Part shown: positions 31,705-40,186 of the stretch, piece after piece | Numbering within the stretch: the stretch's first letter is position 1 | How the letters are laid out: each line of letters begins with the position of its first letter | Assembly (NCBI GenBank): GCA_039589315.1 | Contig: JBDHHQ010000054.1 | Location: 1 to 54,514, forward strand | DNA from: Gemmatimonadota bacterium | Lineage (GTDB): Bacteria > Gemmatimonadota > Gemmatimonadetes > Longimicrobiales > Gaopeijiaceae | Length of the DNA stretch: 54,514 bases | Direction: 5' to 3' | The notes under the pieces: model-generated | The model's input: only the letters and a program-made list of their open reading frames with translations | The model's database searches: none | What the model was told of the DNA's origin: nothing | Made by a program: the position numbers and the translations under genes

Positions 31705-32030
31705 CGTGACTGCCCTCGTGGGAGTGAATGGGCAGGCAACCTGGCCCCAGAACTAAGGGGCGGCGAACCCGGCCTCCCTGGACCGAGGGGACTGGTAGGC
31801 CCGGCCTCCCGGCTGGAGGCGGCAGGGAACCCTGCAACCGTCCCGGGAGTTAAGTCGTCAAATCGCGTGAGGAGGGTCAGCCTGGCCCGCCTCGGGTGGG
31901 TAGCAGGACGCGACGTCCGGCGCGTAATCCGGACGGGAGAGGCTGGTCACCTCTCTTTCAGGAACCCACGGTGTGCCTCCGTGGGATGGGATAGGCGGCG
32001 GTCTTTCGGGGCCGTCGTCTTTCCGTTTTG
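31705..32030 (+). ncRNA. Candidate ~325-nt structured non-coding RNA of unrecognised family
   Basis: At least nine hairpins or long-range helices between an ECF-type promoter and a plus-strand intrinsic terminator. Both flanking genes are on the minus strand and no credible ORF is present. Confidence 0.65.
31994..32029 (+). terminator. Intrinsic terminator
   Basis: GGCGGCGGTC-t(ttcg)g-GGCCGTCGTC followed by TTTCCGTTTT. No U-tail in the opposite direction. Confidence 0.75.
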
Positions 32031-32050
32031 GGTGTACCCGCGAGTCGAGG

Positions 32051-32329
32051 TTAGGCGAAGCCCTTCACGCCCCAGCGATAGACCCAGGTGAGAATCAGCG
32101 CCAGGACCACGGCTCCACCCATGCCTCCCGCGCTGATGGCCAGCGGCTCCCAGAAGTGGAAGATCCCCACGCCCAGCATCCCGCCGATGACGGCCGAAAA
32201 CGCACCCAGCACCATCAGCAGCACACTGTGTCCCGGGGTCTCCTGGTCGAGCTTGACGATCACCCTCATGGAGAGGCCGATGACCGCGCCCAGCACGATC
32301 CAGATGCCCACACCGATCCAGTTTTCCAT
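32051..32329 (-). CDS. GlsB/YeaQ/YmgE-like small stress membrane protein
   Basis: 92 aa with three Gly-rich TM segments: WIVLGAVIG...LGAFSAVIGGMLG...GGAVVL. Confidence 0.75.
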   Translation of the reverse strand: MENWIGVGIWIVLGAVIGLSMRVIVKLDQETPGHSVLLMVLGAFSAVIGGMLGVGIFHFWEPLAISAGGMGGAVVLALILTWVYRWGVKGFA

Positions 32330-32460
32330 GACTGCAGCCCGCTGGCGTTCTCAGGTTCGGAGAAGGCGAGAATCTACCCGTTCAGGGGGGGGAATGCCAG
32401 TGGAAACGCGCCTCCGCGCCGGTTGCCGTACGCTCTCACCGGGGCTAGCGTTCGGCCACT

Positions 32461-32955
32461 GTGAGAGACCACGTGATCGACCTTCGGGAATACCTGAAGG
32501 CGAAGAAAGAGGATCGCCGCGGCACCTTCTCGATCTGGGGGGGCGAGGGCGAGCGATCCCGGTTCGCTCTCCCCATGTGGCGAGCCATCTACCTCGCCGG
32601 TGGAGACTGGGGAGCCCTGCTGTGGGGGAGGGATGAGCACGTACCCCACAAGCTCACGCCCTTCTTCGTCCTGGATCTCAAGTCGGAGCCGGCCCGCACC
32701 GCGGTGGATGCCGACCTCGCGGAAGGCCTGTGGAGAGGAGAAGCGCCTCAACTCATCGAGCACGCCAGCGGACCCGTGTTGGTGTTGCTGGGCCAGCGGG
32801 ATGGGCGGCGCTGGTTTCTGGCCATCGCAGGAGACGGTCGCGACCCGCACCTCGAGCCCCACATTCGTGATGATCTGCTGTTCCTGGCGGGGGAGTGTGC
32901 CGGCCTGCTGTTTCACCGCGACCTGGCGGGTAACGCCGACGCTCCCGAGAGCTGA
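32461..32955 (+). CDS. Hypothetical protein
   Basis: 164-aa ORF with good codon bias (VIDLREYL...FALPMWRAIYL...LFLAGECAGLL). Confidence 0.75.
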   Translation: MRDHVIDLREYLKAKKEDRRGTFSIWGGEGERSRFALPMWRAIYLAGGDWGALLWGRDEHVPHKLTPFFVLDLKSEPARTAVDADLAEGLWRGEAPQLIEHASGPVLVLLGQRDGRRWFLAIAGDGRDPHLEPHIRDDLLFLAGECAGLLFHRDLAGNADAPES

Positions 32956-32973
32956 GGGGGGCAGGGGGTCCGG

Positions 32974-33612
32974 TCAGTCGCGACCCATCTTCCGCTTCAG
33001 CTCGTCGAGGCGGGTGTCGATGTCCACTGCCTCTTCTGCGTCGTCCCGCTCCAGCTCTCGCCAGGTCTCCTCGCTGGCGCTGGCCGCGTCGTCGTCGCCC
33101 TGGATGCGCTCGGCCATCCGGTCCAGCTCGTCGAAGAGGTCGTTGGCACCCTGAATCGTGTTACGGGCACTGGCGCGCCCCGCCGTGGCGGAGAGGGCAT
33201 CCCGGTCCTTCTGGGCCTGCTTGATCTTCTCCACCATCTCGGCGACCTCGCCTTGCCGTAGGTCCAGCTCCTCCTTGAGGGCGTGGGCCTTGGCCTCGAG
33301 GACCTCCCGCTTGCGATCGTGCTTCTCGGCGAACTCGGCGGCCACGTCGGCCGTCTCCTCATCGCCGATCTTCCGGGCCATCTTCTCGCGGCGCCGACAC
33401 GTTGCGGCGTCCCGAGCCTCCCGCTTGCCAACCTCGAGCGTGAGCTCCACGTCTCTCTCGAGCTGCCGGACTCGTGCCTGGGCGTCGGCAGCCTCGTTCT
33501 TCATACCCACGAGGAGCCGATCCACGGCCAGAGGCACGTCGTCCCGGTTCAGCTCTTCCTTGAAGTTGTCGACGGCCTCCCGGAAGGCGTCACGGAGCTT
33601 CTCGAACATCAT
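32974..33612 (-). CDS. PspA/IM30-like coiled-coil protein
   Basis: MFEKLRDAF N-terminus, long charged helix, FDELDRMAERI, and C-terminal IDTRLDELKRKMG. Confidence 0.78.
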   Translation of the reverse strand: MMFEKLRDAFREAVDNFKEELNRDDVPLAVDRLLVGMKNEAADAQARVRQLERDVELTLEVGKREARDAATCRRREKMARKIGDEETADVAAEFAEKHDRKREVLEAKAHALKEELDLRQGEVAEMVEKIKQAQKDRDALSATAGRASARNTIQGANDLFDELDRMAERIQGDDDAASASEETWRELERDDAEEAVDIDTRLDELKRKMGRD

Positions 33613-33679
33613 GCAGGGTGGATGAGAGCTTGGGCAGATGGATCGGGGTGCTCTGCAAGGTAGCACCGGAGCGTGCGCC

Positions 33680-33716
33680 GAAACAGAAGCCCGGACCGGC
33701 TTCAGCCGGTCCGGGC
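33680..33716 (-). terminator. Intrinsic terminator of the ECF sigma gene
   Basis: Perfect 12-bp stem GCCCGGACCGGC/GCCGGTCCGGGC followed on the minus strand by TTCTGTTTC. Confidence 0.8.
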
Positions 33717-33739
33717 CGTGCCTCGCAGAGCTCGGCGGA

Positions 33740-34354
33740 TCAGTTCAAGAACGGCTCGATCCGCTGAGCGAAGGAGTTTCTCGCCCGGTGCAGACGGCTC
33801 TTCACCGTGCCGAGGTTCACGCCGGTGATCTCCGCGATCTCCTCGTAGCTCTTGCCCTCGAGCTCTCTGAGCCGAAACACGAGCTGGTGGTGCTCCGGCA
33901 GCTTGCTCACGGTGTCCTCGACGAGCCGTTGGAGATAGCGCTTCCGATACAGGTCGTCCGGCCGCATGGTGAAGTCCTCGAACTGGAGCGGGCGGTGATC
34001 GTCGTCCCAGTTGTTGGTGAGGCGCTGGAACAGGACCAACGGGCTGCGGGAGCGATTCCTCAACTCGTTCTTCGAGAGGTTGCTGGCGATCGTGTAGACC
34101 CACGTCGAGAACTTCTTCGTCGTGTCGAACCGGTGCAGGTGGCGCGTGACCCGGATGAAGGCCTCTTGCACGAGATCCTGCGCACGGTCGGAGTCTCCCG
34201 TCTTGCGGGTGATGAAGTACACCAGCCGATCGCGGTACCGGTTGTACAGCTCGTGGAAGGCCCCCGGGCGCTCCTCGAGGTGGGCGGTAACCAGCTCCTC
34301 GTCGGTGAGAGCCTCGACGGGAGGCTGCTCGATGCAGGTGGTCTCGTTCGTCAC
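33740..34354 (-). CDS. ECF RNA polymerase sigma factor (SigW/RpoE-like)
   Basis: DEELV, AQDLVQEAF, KFSTWVYTIA.N, SYEEIAEI.GV.LGTVKSRLHRAR. Confidence 0.95.
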   Translation of the reverse strand: MTNETTCIEQPPVEALTDEELVTAHLEERPGAFHELYNRYRDRLVYFITRKTGDSDRAQDLVQEAFIRVTRHLHRFDTTKKFSTWVYTIASNLSKNELRNRSRSPLVLFQRLTNNWDDDHRPLQFEDFTMRPDDLYRKRYLQRLVEDTVSKLPEHHQLVFRLRELEGKSYEEIAEITGVNLGTVKSRLHRARNSFAQRIEPFLN

Positions 34355-34503
34355 GTCTGCCTCGCGTGATGGTCGTGCACTAGCTGGCGAACCGGAGCGC
34401 CTGGGCTCGTCCCTGAGGCCCGAACACCGCCCCGCGAGCACAAACAAACACGACGACCGCCTCACGACGGCCTAATCGCGAATAATTCTCCGTTGTAACG
34501 ATG

Positions 34504-34532
34504 AATATGCAACGACCGGCGCCGCGTTTCAA
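34504..34532 (-). promoter_or_regulatory. Promoter of the ECF sigma gene
   Basis: Readable as sigma70-type TTGAAA-17-CATATT or as ECF-type TGAAAC-N16-CATA. Confidence 0.5.
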
Positions 34533-34540
34533 GGTGGTCG

Positions 34541-35659
34541 TCAAACTGGACGGTTCTCCAGCGCCAGCAACGTCCCTCCCTCCGAGATGCCCTCGTAGAG
34601 GGCATAGGGCGCGTCCGGGTCCAGGCCCTTGGATTCCAGGGCCCTCTCGGCAGCCGCGTCCACCTGCCTGACGACCTCGTCCTCCACGGCCTCCAGGGTG
34701 TCAGCGGGGACGCCGGACCGCTGCAGGTAGGCCTCGAACAGCCCGATGGGGTCCCTTCGACCCCAGGTCTCGAACAGCTCGGGGGGAAACGTCTCCCGGG
34801 CCTCCCGCTCGTCGTGGGTCGCGTGCCCGCCCATGCGGAAGGTCTCGGCGACGATCGCCACGGGTCCCTCGCCCCTCCGGCACTGATCCGCCGCCAGGCG
34901 CGTGGCCGCGTACACGTCGAGAACGTGGTTTCCGTCGCAGCGGAAGCTCGGGATGCCGTACATGTCCGGCCAACGTGCCAGCTCTCCCGCCCCGTGCTGG
35001 GAGAGGCGGGTGCCCAGGGCGACCTGGTTGTTCTGAATCACGAAGATGGCCGGCAGGCCGAGGACCGCGGCCAGGTTCATGCCTTCGTGGCACGCCGCGG
35101 TCTTCGTCGCACCGTCCCCCACCCAGGTGAGGGCAACGCGGTCCTCGCCCTTCAGCCGGAAGGAGAGTGCCACGCCCGTGACGATGCACACGCTGGTGCC
35201 CATGTGGCTGATCGGTTGGATCACGCCCTTGTCCAGGGCACCCACATGCAGATCTCTGCCACCGTTCGGAGCGTCCGCAGTGGCGAGATACCCTCGGAAC
35301 AGAGAGGCGAGGGACATGCCCATCATGTGGCAGGCGCCGGCATTGCGGATCATCGGGGACACGAGGTCCCGGGTCCGGTCCAACGCAGCGACGGCCCCGA
35401 CAGTCGTGGCTTCCTCGCCCGTTCCCAACCACGCCTTCGAGATCACGCCCTGGCGGACCCAGCGCTTGAGCCCGATGTCGTGGAGCCGGGTCCGGAGCAA
35501 ATCCCGGTAGAGGTCCAGCAGCTCGTCTGCCGATAGCGCGGAGATGACGCCAGCCCGCTCCGTATCGGCGTGGGCGCGCTCCGTGAAGGCGGCTACCAGA
35601 TCTGGATCGGCGATCCAGTCGAGGTACTCCGGTGGGTCGAAGGCCCGATATCGTCTCAT
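34541..35659 (-). CDS. TPP-dependent 2-oxoacid dehydrogenase E1 alpha subunit
   Basis: GDGAT...HEGMN...IQNN TPP-binding motif, DGN, RMGGHATHD, RDPI. Confidence 0.93.
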   Translation of the reverse strand: MRRYRAFDPPEYLDWIADPDLVAAFTERAHADTERAGVISALSADELLDLYRDLLRTRLHDIGLKRWVRQGVISKAWLGTGEEATTVGAVAALDRTRDLVSPMIRNAGACHMMGMSLASLFRGYLATADAPNGGRDLHVGALDKGVIQPISHMGTSVCIVTGVALSFRLKGEDRVALTWVGDGATKTAACHEGMNLAAVLGLPAIFVIQNNQVALGTRLSQHGAGELARWPDMYGIPSFRCDGNHVLDVYAATRLAADQCRRGEGPVAIVAETFRMGGHATHDEREARETFPPELFETWGRRDPIGLFEAYLQRSGVPADTLEAVEDEVVRQVDAAAERALESKGLDPDAPYALYEGISEGGTLLALENRPV

Positions 35660-35700
35660 GGTCCGTGGTCAGGGTCGTCGAGTCGGTTGTGGGGCGCCGA

Positions 35701-35729
35701 AGGATACGGGGGCCGGATCGAGCGATCAA
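35701..35729 (-). promoter_or_regulatory. Sigma70-type promoter of the E1 alpha gene
   Basis: TTGATC-17-TATCCT on the minus strand. Confidence 0.5.
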
Positions 35730-35844
35730 CCGGACGAAGGCATTTGAGGAGGGTGGGTCGCTGAGTCACCGCGCCCCGGACGACCTGTCGTCCTCGCGGG
35801 CCCACACCAGCCTGCGACCCGGGGCAAAGAAGAGGCAGCGGTAG

Positions 35845-35990
35845 GAAAGAAAAAAAGAGCGGGGGAGGGCAGAATGGTCTCGGGGCACGAACCAGCCCCC
35901 CCATGGCCTCACGAGCACCTTCGACCCTCGCCCCGCTCTCGACATCCCGGCAGCGACTCGCCGCCAGACCGGACAGAATCCGTATGTCAC
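35845..35990 (-). ncRNA. Candidate small RNA (two hairpins plus a U7 tail)
   Basis: A ~90-nt irregular hairpin closed by AGAGCGGGG/CCCCGCTCT and followed by a T7 run, an upstream GACAT...ATGTC hairpin, and an AT-rich promoter-like patch at 35995-36023. Confidence 0.45.
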
Positions 35991-36225
35991 ACGGTATATA
36001 ATGCCGGCTGGGAGGAATGTCATTCTCAATTTGGTACGGTCGAAGAATCCCGTGCGGCATCGCTCGTCCCCGTCGTTGGGTGGCCCTCCGCCGCTCTTCC
36101 TTCCGGACGTTGCTCCAACGGCCCGCGCCACCGACATTAGCCCCCCGGCTTCCCCCGGATGGCGGATCCGGGACGTGGGCCCTCCCGAGACGTGCGTGAT
36201 CAGGCGCATCAGACATCAGGCAGCC

Positions 36226-36912
36226 GTGAGCTCGACTTCTCAAACAGCCGGCCCCCGGCAGGGCCGTCCGGCCATCGCGGCCGTCGTGGCCCTCACGCTC
36301 CTGGAGGTGATCCGGAGCCAGGATCGGCCGGAGGAGATCCTCCAGGACGAGGATCCGACGATCACGATGCCTCGGAGACTGGGGCTCAGCGACGTAATCG
36401 ACACGCAGATCCGGAGGTACGGGGAAGCGGCCCGGCGACGGCAGCGCGTAACCGAGAGCGAGATCGGAGACCTGTTCGCGCTGGTCGTTCGACGCCCGGA
36501 CTCCCGCGAGGTCTTCTTCGAGGCGGGACGGTCGCTCACGGGTAAGCTGCCCCGCCGCCGGCGAGCCGGACGCCTCAAGGGGCGGCTGGCGCGGGCCTCG
36601 GCCAAACGGCGGGTACGCAAGCGCCTGAAGACGCTCTTCGGGCAGCCGGTGGGCTCCTTCGGGCAGGGTCCGTTCGTGCTCGAAGGCAAGGATCTGATGT
36701 TCGCCAGGACCACGCCCAGGGGTGAGGCGTGCGAGCTGATCTCCGGCCTCTGCCAGGGAATCGCCGACGGCTACGACTCGGGCCCGGTCCTGCTCGTCCA
36801 CAACGCCTGTCAAGCCCAGGGGGATCCGGGGTGCCGCTGGGCGCTTTCGTTCGGTCACGGTGACGAGACGCCGGAGCGGGAAGAGGGTGCCGGAGCGGCT
36901 TCGCCGGTTTGA
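36226..36912 (+). CDS. Hypothetical protein with a C-terminal V4R-like Cys motif
   Basis: AC.LISG...HNACQAQGDPGCRW resembles the V4R C...CxAxGxxxC motif. The start is uncertain. Confidence 0.6.
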   Translation: MSSTSQTAGPRQGRPAIAAVVALTLLEVIRSQDRPEEILQDEDPTITMPRRLGLSDVIDTQIRRYGEAARRRQRVTESEIGDLFALVVRRPDSREVFFEAGRSLTGKLPRRRRAGRLKGRLARASAKRRVRKRLKTLFGQPVGSFGQGPFVLEGKDLMFARTTPRGEACELISGLCQGIADGYDSGPVLLVHNACQAQGDPGCRWALSFGHGDETPEREEGAGAASPV

Positions 36913-36943
36913 CCGTCGGGTTTGGGGGCGTGGTGCTTGCGGC

Positions 36944-37426
36944 TCAGGCGGACCCGGCCAGGGCGTGGGGTCCAGCCAGCGCACGGTGGACCTTGTAGAT
37001 GCAGAGGTCCTGGACGACTGTGAGGCCTGCTGCCCGTGCTTCCTGGGCCGCCTCGTCGTTCCTGATCCCCTCCTGAAGCCAGATGACCGGACGCTCGGGC
37101 CGCCTCGCCGCCTGACGGATGACGTCCCCCGCCTCGTCGGACGGCCGGAATACCAGCACCAGATCCACGGACTCGGTCACGGCGTCGAGGCTTGCGCGGG
37201 CGGGCTTGCCCAGGATCCGCTCGGCGAACGGGTTCACGGGAATCACGTCGTAGCCCTTCGCAGCCATGTACGACGGCACACGGCGGGCTGCCTTCACCGG
37301 ATCGCGGGAGAGCCCCACCACGGCGATGGTCACAGTGTCCTCTATGATGCGCAGCATCTCGTCGGGGCCCGGGTTGTTCGGGTCGCCGCTCGCCTCGAGC
37401 GTGTGCGAGAGCCGGTAGGAGGTCAT
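36944..37426 (-). CDS. CoA-binding protein (YccU family)
   Basis: IAVVGLS.DP, GYDVIPVNP, VDLV.VFRPS, IWLQEGI, VVQDLC. Confidence 0.92.
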   Translation of the reverse strand: MTSYRLSHTLEASGDPNNPGPDEMLRIIEDTVTIAVVGLSRDPVKAARRVPSYMAAKGYDVIPVNPFAERILGKPARASLDAVTESVDLVLVFRPSDEAGDVIRQAARRPERPVIWLQEGIRNDEAAQEARAAGLTVVQDLCIYKVHRALAGPHALAGSA

Positions 37427-37555
37427 GGAATCCTCGAATCCGTCGAGTACGTGGACCCACAGTATTGCCTTGGGCATACGCCTCCGCCAACATCTTTATC
37501 GCATAGACCCGCAGGGAATGCGGTATCCTGACGACCTCCACGAGCAGAAGCAGCC

Positions 37556-38404
37556 GTGACTCCAACAGTGCAGATCCTTCTGGTTGTCGCCATCGTCGCG
37601 GTCGCGCTCGCGTGGGCCATCGGGTGGAAGTTGGGGGGCAACGCCCGGGAACGGGCCGTGGCGGACCGCCTGGCAGCTTTCGCTCGGGCCCTGAAGGGCC
37701 AGTCAGGGCAGGACGAGCTGGCTGGGCTTTCCGGATCTCCCGAGCTGGCGGACGTGCGAGCCGCCCTGGAAGAGGGATGGGTCCGGAAGGGCGAGGAGAA
37801 GGAAGAGGCGGTGAGGACGGCGCTGGAGCGCCTGTCGGCATTCCTGCAGGTGGCGGTGGAAGGTCCTCTCAACCGGGCGCTGTCGTCGGGAGGGTCGACG
37901 CTGCGGGACGGTGTGGAGGACGCCCTCGGCGCCATCGACGACCTGGAGTTCTTCCTCGAGGAGCCGCAGGAGGGGTCCGGACCGACCGACGTGCGCGACT
38001 CGGTTCGGAGGGTCGTACGGGACTTCGTGGGTTCGTGGGATGTGCCGGTTCGCGAGCGGCTGCCCGATCGACCGGTGCGGGCGCGCATGAACCCCGATGC
38101 GTTCATGGACGCGGTCTTCCTCATCCTTCACAACGCCGCTCGGTTCGGTGATGGCCGACCCATCGACGTGACCCTTGCCCAGGAGGGGCACGAGGTGCTG
38201 GTGCACGTACGCGACCAGGGACCCGGATTCTCGGCGGAGGCGTTGCTACGGGCGCTGGACCCCTTCTACAGCACCGCCCCCGGCGGCCTCGGCATGGGAC
38301 TGCCCCATGCCCGGAGGCTCATCGAGGGTCAGGGAGGTGTCCTCCGGTTTCGCAACCTGGAGGCAGGAGGCGCAGAGGTGACGGTGGCCTTCCCCAAGCT
38401 CTAG
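37556..38404 (+). CDS. Membrane-anchored histidine-kinase-like ATPase (HATPase_c) without a recognisable H-box His
   Basis: N-terminal TM segment, N box ILHNA, G1 DQGPG, F box PFYST, G2 GLGMGL. Confidence 0.85.
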   Translation: MTPTVQILLVVAIVAVALAWAIGWKLGGNARERAVADRLAAFARALKGQSGQDELAGLSGSPELADVRAALEEGWVRKGEEKEEAVRTALERLSAFLQVAVEGPLNRALSSGGSTLRDGVEDALGAIDDLEFFLEEPQEGSGPTDVRDSVRRVVRDFVGSWDVPVRERLPDRPVRARMNPDAFMDAVFLILHNAARFGDGRPIDVTLAQEGHEVLVHVRDQGPGFSAEALLRALDPFYSTAPGGLGMGLPHARRLIEGQGGVLRFRNLEAGGAEVTVAFPKL

Positions 38405-38567
38405 TTCCCACCCAGGGCATCTTCTCCGGTCCGGAATCGCGAAACGACCCCCGCGCAGCGCAATGTGCGGGCCGCTGCACGGAGAGGGTACCCGGCGCCC
38501 TGTCAGACCTCTGACTACCTAGGGTTCCGCCCCTGCAAACGGGGCGCGTGGGCTCACCCGGCGCCGG

Positions 38568-39005
38568 TCAGACGTATCCGTAGACGTGGTAGAGGAGCAC
38601 GTAGACCGCCAGCCCGGTGACCGAGACGTACAGCCACATGGGGTACGTCCACCTGGCCAGGCGGCGATGCTCGTCGAACCGGTCGCGGAGGGCCAGAAAA
38701 AGCAGACGGAGAATCAGCGGGACGATCACGACGGCGAGCACCATGTGGGAGAAGAGCAGCCCCAGGTAGACGGTGCGGGCGGTCCCGGTTCCGGCGAATC
38801 GATGGGTGCCTGTGAGGGAGAAGCGAAGCACGTAGAACACCAGGAAGAGCGCCGACGCCCCCACCGCCCCCAGCATGGCGGCACGATGTCGGCCGATCTG
38901 GCCTCGGCGGATGAAGAGAAAGCCGGCAACCAGCAGGCACGCGCTGGTGAAGTTCAGCGAGGCGTTGACCGGCGCCAGCAGGTTGCCCAGGGCCTCAGCG
39001 TCCAC
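38568..39005 (-). CDS. DUF420/YozB membrane protein
   Basis: VNASLN, HRAAM, FLVFY, LFSHMVLA, HRRLARWTYPMWLYVSVTG. Confidence 0.92.
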   Translation of the reverse strand: MDAEALGNLLAPVNASLNFTSACLLVAGFLFIRRGQIGRHRAAMLGAVGASALFLVFYVLRFSLTGTHRFAGTGTARTVYLGLLFSHMVLAVVIVPLILRLLFLALRDRFDEHRRLARWTYPMWLYVSVTGLAVYVLLYHVYGYV

Positions 39006-39951
39006 CCAGGCTCTCCGCTGCGAACGACTCACTCGGGGGGCGCACGGCCTCCGCCGGGTCCTGGCGGCGGCTCCAGGTCAGGGTCGCCAGCGCCACCAGC
39101 AGCGAGAGCACCGCCGCCGCCACGAGCGTGTGCAGGGAAACGGGTACGACCGCCAGCGTGGTGTAGACCGAGGCGAATCCCAAGCCCACCTGTGCCAGCA
39201 CGCCCACCGCGGCCCAGGCCGCCAGCCGACGAAGCCGCCGCGAATCGGTGAGCCGTCGCACCTGGACGGCCGTCAGGAGAACCGCCGCGGCCACCAGGTA
39301 GCCCAGCATCCGGTGGGAGAAGTGCACCACGATCAGGTGGTTGGCCATCGGCGGCACCACGCGACCCAGGCACAGCGGGATGTCCGGACACGCCATTCCG
39401 GCTTCCATGTGGCGGACCAGGGCGCCCACGAGCGACTGGGCGAACACCAGCGTTGCGGCCACGATGGACCACCGGCGGATCGTTCCGGCCCTGCTGGCCT
39501 CCGGTTCGAAGGTCACGGCCGCGCTCGGGCCCGTGCCGATGGTCAACACGACCGCCAGCGCCAGGAACAGGAAGGCGAGGCCCAGATGGGAGGTCGACAC
39601 CGCGTCGGGCAGGCGAAAGATGACGGTGAGGCCGCCCAGAACCGCCTGGATCAGCAAGGCCACGATCCCCAGGACGGCTGCCTTCCTGATCCACGGCCGA
39701 TCCGCCTCGGGCCGCCACGACAGAGCGGCGGCGAGCATGAACACCAGAATCAGGCCCCCCGCCACGAGCCGATGCAGGTGCTCCCAGAAGACGCCGCCGG
39801 TCATCTCGGGCATCATCGTACCGAAGCAGGTGGGCCAGTCGGGGCAGGCCAGCGAAGAGCCGGTGGCGTGGACGACGCTGCCGAGCCAGAGCAGCGCCAG
39901 CGTCCAGGCCACCGTCAGAGCGAAGACGCTCGAGTGGAGAGGTCTGTTCAT
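38995..39951 (-). CDS. ctaA: Heme A synthase (COX15/CtaA)
   Basis: ACPDWPTC, WEHLHR, QAVLGG, ACPDIPLC, HFSHR, SLH. Confidence 0.9.
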   Translation of the reverse strand: MNRPLHSSVFALTVAWTLALLWLGSVVHATGSSLACPDWPTCFGTMMPEMTGGVFWEHLHRLVAGGLILVFMLAAALSWRPEADRPWIRKAAVLGIVALLIQAVLGGLTVIFRLPDAVSTSHLGLAFLFLALAVVLTIGTGPSAAVTFEPEASRAGTIRRWSIVAATLVFAQSLVGALVRHMEAGMACPDIPLCLGRVVPPMANHLIVVHFSHRMLGYLVAAAVLLTAVQVRRLTDSRRLRRLAAWAAVGVLAQVGLGFASVYTTLAVVPVSLHTLVAAAVLSLLVALATLTWSRRQDPAEAVRPPSESFAAESLGGR

Positions 39952-40186
39952 CGTACCACGGCTGGGTCAAAAGGTCCGCCGTGCCTACCCGCCAATGGAC
40001 GGGTGGTGCCTCGACGCCACCGTCCCCGGCGGACTCGACCGACGAATGCGCGGCCGCGTCCGATTCGTGCCCCCAACCGGGGACCACATGGAATCGACGG
40101 CCTCCGGATTCTATCTTCCGGGCCGAATCCCTGTCTCGGGCCGGCTGGAACGCGACCCCCGGGACCCTCCCAGGTGACCTGCGCCC

